Origin: Treponemataceae bacterium
GTDB lineage: Bacteria; Spirochaetota; Spirochaetia; Treponematales; Rectinemataceae
Assembly (NCBI GenBank): GCA_963677895.2
Contig: CAXXGJ010000028.1
Coordinates: 1-22,450 of the forward strand
DNA length: 22,450 nucleotides
Direction of reading: 5' to 3'
Position 1 is the stretch's first letter; each line of letters begins with the position of its first letter. This document shows, one piece after another, positions 1 to 7,090 of this stretch. Position numbers and translations under genes: made by a program. The notes under the pieces were generated by a model that had not been told where the DNA came from, made no database searches, and worked only from the letters and a program-made list of their open reading frames with translations.

Positions 1-1497
1 GCTCTCCTCGATGACGGGCGGATCGGCCAGCTTATAGGCTTCGGAATAGCTCACGACATGGATGATCTGAGGACTGGTCTCGTCGCGAGGCTCGATGTCG
101 TCCATCATGGCGGTCACCGCGGCCAGCTGGGCCTTGGCCCGCTCGGGTTCTGGCGAGAAATAGTCCAAGCCTCCCCGCGGCTGGAGGAAGACCCTGAAAT
201 TCCCGTCCTCGAGCCCTTTCACCAGCTTGAGAAGGGTCCTGGCCTTGGCGAGGTCCTGGATGCCCCAGAGGTATTTGGGCGTATTGAACATTATCTGCAG
301 GACGAGGTTCCGGATGCCCTGCAGCTTGGCGGCCTTGGCCGCGATATAGCCCGACACGATATAGCCTAGGTCGTCGCTGCCCCTGAAAGCGAAATGATGC
401 GGCACGTTCATCTCGAGCGGTTTGCCCGTCGAGGCTATGTAGCGCATGGCCTGAAAATGCTCCCTGAGGTTTTCAAGCACCGAATTGGGACCTCTTCCGT
501 CCAGCTTGCAGAACCACCACAGGGAAAGCGCGTGCCAGGCTATATCGATCGTTTCCTCGTACATCCTGGCGAGGGCCGGCACATCCTTGGTGCCCGCGTA
601 GGTACGCACCAGCATGGGGCGCGCCGCCTTCCATACAGCCGCGAACTCGGCGGCGCTGGCGAGGGGAACGCCGCCGCCGTTGATCTTGCCTTCCCAGTCT
701 TCCCCGAAATTGGATTGGCTGAGCTGGGAAGTGCCGATCGAGAGAATGTCCAGATAGCCGCCCGAGGCCAGCCGCTTCACCCACTCGGTGAAAAGCCTGA
801 CCGCTTCCTTCCTGTCGGGCAGGTAGGGGCCGGCATGGACGCGTATGAGGGGCGGGAGCTTTCGGGCAGTGCCATGGGCGATCCTCGCCGTCAGCCTGTC
901 GCCCCAGGCGCCGAATCCGGGAGAGTCGGACCTGTTGACGGGCTTCACCGCGTTGTAGCGGCCTTCCTTCACGAGGGACTCGCCGAAAGCCATCCTCGCG
1001 ACGTCGTACTTGAGACCTTCGGAGAAGGTTTGCGGCATCATGTCCTCATCTATGCCGAGGATGCGCATCGTCTCGTGGGGCGCTTCGTCGCCCCGGAAAA
1101 CGCCTGTCAGATCGGGATGCCGGGCGAGCGCCGCCTCGCAGGCTTCAGGAAGCCCGGCGAAAAACAGCCCCCTGATAGGACCGCCATCCGAAAGAAGCAT
1201 TTTCTCGCGGTGGAGGAACTCATATAGGACTTCGAAAAGATGGAGGGCATCGGCGGGGTCCAGCCGGTAGCTGAAGCCGAGCACCGAAATTTTCCTGTTG
1301 CGAAGCCAGGCACGAAGCACGGTGCCGCCCTCGTGCCTGGAAAGGGATTCGATATCGCCGCCGACATCGGCGTCGGCGATGCGGGATTCTATGCCGCAGT
1401 CCTCCAGGACCTGGGCGAAGGAAAGCATCCCGAGGGTATGCACGTCTATCGAAGGCCGAATAAGGCCGAAAACGTCATGTCTGGAAATTTTAAACAT
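1..1497 (-). CDS. Cobalamin (B12)-binding domain protein fused to a putative TIM-barrel catalytic domain; 3'-partial (runs off the window)
   Basis: Absent from the ORF track because no stop lies in the window. Hand translation from ATG 1497 (RBS AGGAGGT just upstream) is open for 499 codons: MFKISRHDVFGLIRPSIDVHTLGMLSF (DxHxxG cobalamin motif)...LGFSYRLDP...FFAGLP...LDILSIGTSQLSQ...NGGGVP...LVRTYAGT...WHALSLWWFCKLDGRGP...QIMFNTP...IIHVVSYSEA. Confidence 0.85.
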   Translation of the reverse strand, partial: MFKISRHDVFGLIRPSIDVHTLGMLSFAQVLEDCGIESRIADADVGGDIESLSRHEGGTVLRAWLRNRKISVLGFSYRLDPADALHLFEVLYEFLHREKMLLSDGGPIRGLFFAGLPEACEAALARHPDLTGVFRGDEAPHETMRILGIDEDMMPQTFSEGLKYDVARMAFGESLVKEGRYNAVKPVNRSDSPGFGAWGDRLTARIAHGTARKLPPLIRVHAGPYLPDRKEAVRLFTEWVKRLASGGYLDILSIGTSQLSQSNFGEDWEGKINGGGVPLASAAEFAAVWKAARPMLVRTYAGTKDVPALARMYEETIDIAWHALSLWWFCKLDGRGPNSVLENLREHFQAMRYIASTGKPLEMNVPHHFAFRGSDDLGYIVSGYIAAKAAKLQGIRNLVLQIMFNTPKYLWGIQDLAKARTLLKLVKGLEDGNFRVFLQPRGGLDYFSPEPERAKAQLAAVTAMMDDIEPRDETSPQIIHVVSYSEAYKLADPPVIEES

Positions 1498-1501
1498 CGT
1501 A

Positions 1502-2536
1502 TCACCTCCTAGTCCGGATCGAACGGCTGAGGGCCGCCTCGATGATAGCCAGGATATATTGCTTCTCCGAGAGATGCGCCTGCCGCGCGCAGGCCTCGAA
1601 CCAAGCGTCGGGAATCATGGGCTGGCCGTTGATTTCGATGGCCCAGAATTTCCCGCCGGCGAAAATCATGTCGCATCGGGAATAATCCCTGATATCCCCC
1701 GCCGACGAGAAGGCCGCGGCCGCGAAGGCCCGGGCCGCCTCGCGCAAGGATCCGTCCGCTATCGGCCGGGCTTCGGTCCTGCTGCCGTCCTTATCCTCTG
1801 TCGTGACCACGTGAATGCCGGGAGGATCGATAAAGACAATTTCCACGGGCATGAGGAGCCTCTCCTCGCCGTTGCCGATGCATGCGCAGGTGATTTCGCG
1901 GAAATCGGGGTAGAGCCCCAGGTAATGCTCGATGAGGATATGCCTGAAATCCTTGCCCAGGCTGGCGACGAGGGAAGCCAAGGCTTTCATGTCGAAAACG
2001 ACCGAATCCTTCGTGATGCCGCGGGAGTTGCCGGCGTCCGACGGCTTCACGATGCAGGGAAAGGGGGGAATCGAGGACCTGTCCACGGCGGAAAGATCGG
2101 AACCTGAGTTCAAGGAGAGGAACTCGGGCGTGGATATTCCGTCCTTTACCCATTTTTCCTTGAGCGCCGTCTTGGAAAGAGCGAGCTCTATGATATCGGG
2201 AGGGGAGCCCACATAGGGGATTCCCCTTCCCTCCAGCCAGCCATGCACGTTTATCCTGGCGTTCGCCGGGCAGGCGACGCCGACGGGCATCGGGGAGGAC
2301 TCGGGCAAATGGTCGGGGGCGCTGAAAACAAGGTCGGGGCCGAATTCGGCGATGAGGGCGGAAAGCATAGCGATGGAGTCGGGGCATGCCAGCCTGGCGG
2401 TGAATCCGCCGTCGGCGAGGATCGACGCGAACCGGCCGAAGCGCCGATCGTCGGCCATGGCCACGGCGGGATTGGAAGAACGTGAAAAAAGGATCAGTAC
2501 TCTTAAGGATCTTGCGTTTTTCGGCGCATCATCCAA
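1502..2536 (-). CDS. ATP-grasp ligase, D-Ala-D-Ala ligase-like
   Basis: ATP-grasp motifs IPYVGS, LALSK, PCIVKP, GNSRGI, LIEHYL, REIT, RCD, IEIN. TTG start preceded by AGGAGG. The stop overlaps the RBS of the B12 gene. Confidence 0.8.
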   Translation of the reverse strand: MDDAPKNARSLRVLILFSRSSNPAVAMADDRRFGRFASILADGGFTARLACPDSIAMLSALIAEFGPDLVFSAPDHLPESSPMPVGVACPANARINVHGWLEGRGIPYVGSPPDIIELALSKTALKEKWVKDGISTPEFLSLNSGSDLSAVDRSSIPPFPCIVKPSDAGNSRGITKDSVVFDMKALASLVASLGKDFRHILIEHYLGLYPDFREITCACIGNGEERLLMPVEIVFIDPPGIHVVTTEDKDGSRTEARPIADGSLREAARAFAAAAFSSAGDIRDYSRCDMIFAGGKFWAIEINGQPMIPDAWFEACARQAHLSEKQYILAIIEAALSRSIRTRR

Positions 2537-2654
2537 AACGTGGTGCCTCCTGAAAAGAAGGATACATTGAGTTTAACACAGGAAAACCGAAAAAAGTCCC
2601 GCGCGGGCGAAAAAAACAAAATTTCCGGCCAGGGGCCGCGGTCCCCGTCGATAC

Positions 2655-2683
2655 TTTACCTAATTGTATCGCTACTATATAGT
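2655..2683 (+). promoter_or_regulatory. Candidate sigma70 promoter, possibly for a leaderless transcript
   Basis: TTTACC-N17-TATAGT with ATG 2691 following 7 nt later and no Shine-Dalgarno sequence. Confidence 0.4.
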
Positions 2684-2690
2684 TCATTCC

Positions 2691-3581
2691 ATGCTTTTCA
2701 TCGACAGACCAGACGGCAAAAAAGTCCGACAAGCCCATGCGCTCAACGCGCTTATGCCCTACATGATGCGCGGACGCAATCAATCGGCCGTGTACTATGA
2801 GAAGGACGTGGATGTCGAGAATATCCTGCGCTTCGTGAGGGCGAGAAACTCGGGACTGAAGAATCAGAACGAGAATTCGGGCCAGGATCGATATTCATTG
2901 TTTTCCCTCGTTCTGGCGGCGATGGTGCGGACCGTGGCGATCAGGCCGGAACTCAACCGTTTCATACACGGCAAGGCCCTCTACCAGCACAACGACATTA
3001 CCATGTCATTCATCGTGAAGCAGAAAATGACGGAAGAAGCTCCGGAAGGAAGCGCGAAGGTTGTTTTCAAGCCCGAGGATGATCTCGATACGGTGACGCT
3101 GAAGGTAAACAAGGCTATCAACTATGTGCGGGAAGTAGGGGAAGGCGGGGACGGCGAGAAGATAGCCAAGCTCGCCCACAGCATTCCCGGCGCCAAGGCT
3201 CTCCTCATCGGTCTCTACAGGATTCTCGACCGCTTCAATCTTGCCCCGAAAGGCCTTATCGAAGTGGACCCCTTCTACGCCACCCTCTTCTTCGCGAATT
3301 TGGGCAGCATCGGACTCGACGCGCCCTTCCACCATCTTTACGAATGGGGCACCATTAGCTTCTTCGTGGTGATGGGCAAACTCACGCAGAAGGACAGCCA
3401 CCACGGCCCCTTCGGCACGAAACACCACTTCATAAATTTCAAGGTAACGGTGGACGAAAGGATTTCCGACGGTCTCTACTTCGCGCGCTCGGCCTCGGTC
3501 TTCTACAGGCTCATCGCCAGTCCCGAACTGCTCGACATGCCCCTGGAGCAGGCCAAAGCCCAGCTGGAAAAAGGCATATAG
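2691..3581 (+). CDS. Stand-alone 2-oxoacid dehydrogenase E2-type acyltransferase catalytic-domain protein
   Basis: RPELNRFI, FFANLGSIG, VTVDERISDG (E2 DHRxxDG-like). No lipoyl or E3-binding domain. Start placed at ATG 2691. Confidence 0.8.
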   Translation: MLFIDRPDGKKVRQAHALNALMPYMMRGRNQSAVYYEKDVDVENILRFVRARNSGLKNQNENSGQDRYSLFSLVLAAMVRTVAIRPELNRFIHGKALYQHNDITMSFIVKQKMTEEAPEGSAKVVFKPEDDLDTVTLKVNKAINYVREVGEGGDGEKIAKLAHSIPGAKALLIGLYRILDRFNLAPKGLIEVDPFYATLFFANLGSIGLDAPFHHLYEWGTISFFVVMGKLTQKDSHHGPFGTKHHFINFKVTVDERISDGLYFARSASVFYRLIASPELLDMPLEQAKAQLEKGI

Positions 3582-3584
3582 CCG

Positions 3585-3845
3585 CTAGGCGCTCTCCTTC
3601 TTGGTGCCGCTCGCGGGACAGGTCTCGCAGCTCTTGGCGGCGCTCTTCGTCGACGCGCTGCCCGCTTTCTTGGAGTCGGTGATATAGAAACCACTGCCCT
3701 TGAAGATGACGCCGGTTCCGCCGCCGATCAGGCGCCTGACGGCTCCGCCGCACTTGGGGCAGACCTTGACAGGATCCTCGGACATGGACTGGAACTTTTC
3801 GAAAGTAAGATTACACTCTCGGCATTCATACTCATACGTAGGCAT
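3585..3845 (-). CDS. FmdB family zinc-ribbon protein
   Basis: MPTYEYECRECN...CPKCGG...FKGSGFYITD is the FmdB signature. Confidence 0.92.
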   Translation of the reverse strand: MPTYEYECRECNLTFEKFQSMSEDPVKVCPKCGGAVRRLIGGGTGVIFKGSGFYITDSKKAGSASTKSAAKSCETCPASGTKKESA

Positions 3846-3944
3846 TTAGATTAACCTCGGTCTAGCGAAATGATGAAATGTTGGTTCGAGTAGAAAATAT
3901 AGCGAAAACCTCCCGGAACGTAAAGTAGGCGCGGAGAAGCTCCC

Positions 3945-5181
3945 TCATGCCTTGATCACGCCCAGCCTTCTTCCAACCTTGGTAAAAGCCTCCACGGCGA
4001 AGTCGATCTGCCCCGGTTCATGGGCGGCGGAAATCTGCACCCTTATGCGAGCCTTGCCCCTCGGCACGACGGGGAAGGAGAATCCGATGACATAGATGCC
4101 TTCCTCAAGAAGGGCATCGGCCATGTCGTGGGCCAGTTTTTCGTCGTACAGCATGACCGGGCAGATAGGATGGACGCCGGGTCTGATGTCGAAAGCCCGC
4201 CGCCGTCATCTTCTCCCTGAACCGCCTGGTATTCGCCTCGAGCTTGTCCCTCAGGGCGGTCGACGCGCTGAGAAGTTCGAGAGCCTTCAGCGTGCCTCCC
4301 ACGATGGAGGGCGCCACGGTGTTGGAGAAGAGATAAGGCCGGGCCTTCTGCCTCATGTACTCGACGATTTCCTTCCTGGCGGCGATCACGCCGCCGGAAG
4401 CCCCGCCCAGCGCCTTGCCGAAGGTGGTGGTGATGATGTCCACCCTTCCCTTCACGCCGCAATGTTCCCAGGTGCCGCGCCCCGTCGCCCCGGTGAATCC
4501 GGTGGCGTGGGAATCGTCCACCATGACGAGGGCGTCATATTTCTCGGCGAGCGCGCATATGGATTTGAGATCGGCGATGTCGCCGTCCATGGAGAAGACG
4601 CCGTCCGTGGCGATCATGCGAATCCTCGCGTCAGACGCCTCTTTCAGGCAGCGCTCGAGCCCCTTGGCCACCTTGCCGGTGTCGGGGTCGGTCTCTTCGA
4701 TATCGCGCATGTCGGCATGCTTAAAAACGATGCGTTTGGCCTTGCAGAGCCTGACGCCGTCGATGATGGAAGCATGATTGAGGCTGTCGGTTATGATCGC
4801 GCAATTCTCGTCCAGCAGAGGCTCGAAGACGGCGCCATTGGCGTCGAAACAGGATGAGAAGAGAATGGCGTCCTCGGTGCCGAGGAACTCCGCGACCCTG
4901 CGTTCGAGAAGCTTGTGGGGACTCTGGGTGCCGCAGATGAATCGGACGGAAGCCATTCCGTAACCCCATTCCTCCATGGCCGCTTCGGCCGCCGCCCGGA
5001 TTTCGGCGTTGTTCGCGAGGCCAAGATAGTTGTTGGCACAGAAGTTGAGGACTTCATTGCCGCCCACGACCCTGATAGCCGCGTCCTGAGGCGTCGCGAT
5101 GACGCGTTCATCCTTGTAGAGACCTTCCGTCCTGATGGCCGAAAGTTTCTGCCGCAGCTCTTCCTTGATCAAACCGTACAT
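3945..5181 (-). CDS. kbl: Glycine C-acetyltransferase (2-amino-3-ketobutyrate CoA ligase); apparent 1-nt insertion frameshift near 4192-4194
   Basis: [71 protein letters not shown]. The C-terminus ([22 protein letters not shown]) is in another frame; removing one base restores [18 protein letters not shown]. Confidence 0.95.
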
Positions 5182-5226
5182 CGATTCCTCCCAATGTTGC
5201 CGTCACGCGATTGTCAGGACCGCTTT

Positions 5227-5790
5227 TCAGGATCGCGGCCGCGCGCGGAAGAAGCCCATGATGCTTCCCGCGAGCCCGCCAGCGATATGGGCGAACTGCG
5301 AGATATTGTCCTGCTTCGCGAGCGCGTCCCATACCTGGCCGCCCAGGTATACGATCATGACGAGAATGAAGGTGAGCGGTATTTCGCCCTTGTTGAAGTT
5401 CGTGATGGAGGCGAGGATGATCATCATGAAGACGATGCCCGAGGCGCCCAAAAGGACGGTGTTCGGGAAAATAAGCACGTTCAAGAGCCCCGTGGTCGCC
5501 GCCGCGACTATGATGCTGAGGAGGATGAATCCCGATCCGTAGGCCATCTCCAGAATGGGACCCAGGAGGAGGATCATCGTGAAATTGCCCATGTAGTGCT
5601 GAACCGAACCATGGCCGAAAATATAGGTGAAAAGCTTCAGGTAATCGGTGAAAACATTGGTCCTGAAGGGGGCCGGCGTGGAAAACCAGTTGGACGTGAG
5701 CGAAGGCATTATGGTGATGGAAAGGATGAGGACGATGGCCGAAAGAAAGGTGAAAGTGAGCGTCACGGGCGCGTTGTAGCGAATCCTCAT
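5227..5790 (-). CDS. Rhomboid family intramembrane serine protease
   Basis: Multiple TM helices, HxxxxHxxxN, catalytic GASG and AHIAGG motifs. Confidence 0.9.
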   Translation of the reverse strand: MRIRYNAPVTLTFTFLSAIVLILSITIMPSLTSNWFSTPAPFRTNVFTDYLKLFTYIFGHGSVQHYMGNFTMILLLGPILEMAYGSGFILLSIIVAAATTGLLNVLIFPNTVLLGASGIVFMMIILASITNFNKGEIPLTFILVMIVYLGGQVWDALAKQDNISQFAHIAGGLAGSIMGFFRARPRS

Positions 5791-5847
5791 AGCGATCCTC
5801 CTCTCCGGAATTTCGATCCGGTTATCGTGGCGATGGAAGCGATGACC

Positions 5848-6630
5848 TCAAATATCGAGGGCAAGCGAAACGGGGCAATGATCCGAACCCATGACCTTGG
5901 TCTGGATGTCGGCCCCGGCGAGCGCCGGGAGGAATTCCGGATCGATGCAGTGGTAGTCCAGACGCCAGCCCACGTTGTTGGCCCTGGCCTGGGGAGCCCG
6001 ATAGGTCCACCAGCTGTAATGCCCTGGCTCGGGACAGAGATGGCGGAACGTGTCGATATAGCCGGCGCTCGTGTATTTATCCATCCAGGCCCGCTCTTCG
6101 GGCAGGTAGCCGGGATTGCCCACGTTCTGGTCGGGCCTCGCGAGATCGATGGGCTTGTGGGCAATGTTATAGTCGCCCGCGACGACGACATGGCGTCCCT
6201 TGGCCCGCAGTCCGTCGCAGAAGCCGAGCATGGCGTCGCAGAAACGCAGCTTGTACTCGATTCTCGCTCCCGCTTCCTGGCTGTTGGGAAAGTAGGCGGA
6301 GACGAGGACGAAATCGTCGTAATCGGCTATGACGACGCGGCCTTCGTCGTCGAATTCGGGGATGCCCAGCGTGGAGACGGAGCTGGCTTCCCTCTTCGAG
6401 AAGATGGCGGTGCCGGAATAGCCCCTGCGTTTGGCGCTGGACCAGTAGACGGCATAAGGCTTGCCGTCTCCCCTGAGGGGATTCTGCAGTTCGAGGGGAA
6501 GCTGGTCGGGATGGGCTTTAGTCTCCTGAAGACAGATGAAATCGGCGTCCTCGGCCTTGAGCCAATCGAGAAAACCCTTGCCCGAGCAGGCCCGTATTCC
6601 GTTCACGTTCCACGATAAAAGCTTCTTCAT
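5848..6630 (-). CDS. xth: Exodeoxyribonuclease III (AP endonuclease)
   Basis: SWNVNGIRA, LQETK, GYSG, EGR, YFPN, GDYNIAH, WWTYR, GWRLDY, SDHCP. Confidence 0.97.
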   Translation of the reverse strand: MKKLLSWNVNGIRACSGKGFLDWLKAEDADFICLQETKAHPDQLPLELQNPLRGDGKPYAVYWSSAKRRGYSGTAIFSKREASSVSTLGIPEFDDEGRVVIADYDDFVLVSAYFPNSQEAGARIEYKLRFCDAMLGFCDGLRAKGRHVVVAGDYNIAHKPIDLARPDQNVGNPGYLPEERAWMDKYTSAGYIDTFRHLCPEPGHYSWWTYRAPQARANNVGWRLDYHCIDPEFLPALAGADIQTKVMGSDHCPVSLALDI

Positions 6631-6644
6631 GCGTTTTCCTTCGT

Positions 6645-6950
6645 TCAGGTTCCCAGAATTGAATCGATGAGTCCCTTCAAGGCTGGATCAATGGTGGAGG
6701 GAGCGCCCGCGTTGGTGACATCAATCTGGAATATTCCATCCTTGAAGACGATGGGGCTCTGTTCGTCGGGGAGGGGCAATTCTTCGTCTTCGGTCGACAG
6801 CTCGCGGATCGCGCGGGCGAAGCTCTCCCGGGGCGATTGCTTCGCGGCGCCGAAAAAGCCGGAAGCCTTCGTTTCCCTGAGCGCCGCCGCGGCATATCGC
6901 CGCGTACCGGGGGAAAAAGCGCCCTGGATGGTTTCTGGTTCTGATTTCAT
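6645..6950 (-). CDS. Hypothetical protein
   Basis: 101-aa ORF co-oriented directly upstream of xth with normal codon usage and a natural-looking C-terminus (IVFKDGIFQI...IDPALKGLIDSIL). Confidence 0.6.
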   Translation of the reverse strand: MKSEPETIQGAFSPGTRRYAAAALRETKASGFFGAAKQSPRESFARAIRELSTEDEELPLPDEQSPIVFKDGIFQIDVTNAGAPSTIDPALKGLIDSILGT

Positions 6951-7090
6951 GACTATGGGAGATAAGATACCGCGAATTCGTATCGAGCGCCATACCCCGG
7001 AGCGCTTCGCGAAGGGGCGCGCGCCGCAAAGTTGGCGCGTTCAGCAAAGCCGGCGCGGTTTCGTATTCACCGTAAAAGTGGTACATTGAT

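Noticed and set aside
58..2107. Plus-strand ORFs 58-369, 394-1227 and 1298-2107
   Set aside because: Antisense shadows of the B12-binding and ATP-grasp genes.
4185..4200. Programmed ribosomal frameshifting at kbl and the other broken genes
   Set aside because: No slippery heptamers or stimulatory structures, and these families are not known to be recoded.
4915..6618. 567-aa plus-strand ORF
   Set aside because: Antisense shadow of kbl, the rhomboid gene and xth; no motifs; typical of GC-rich DNA.
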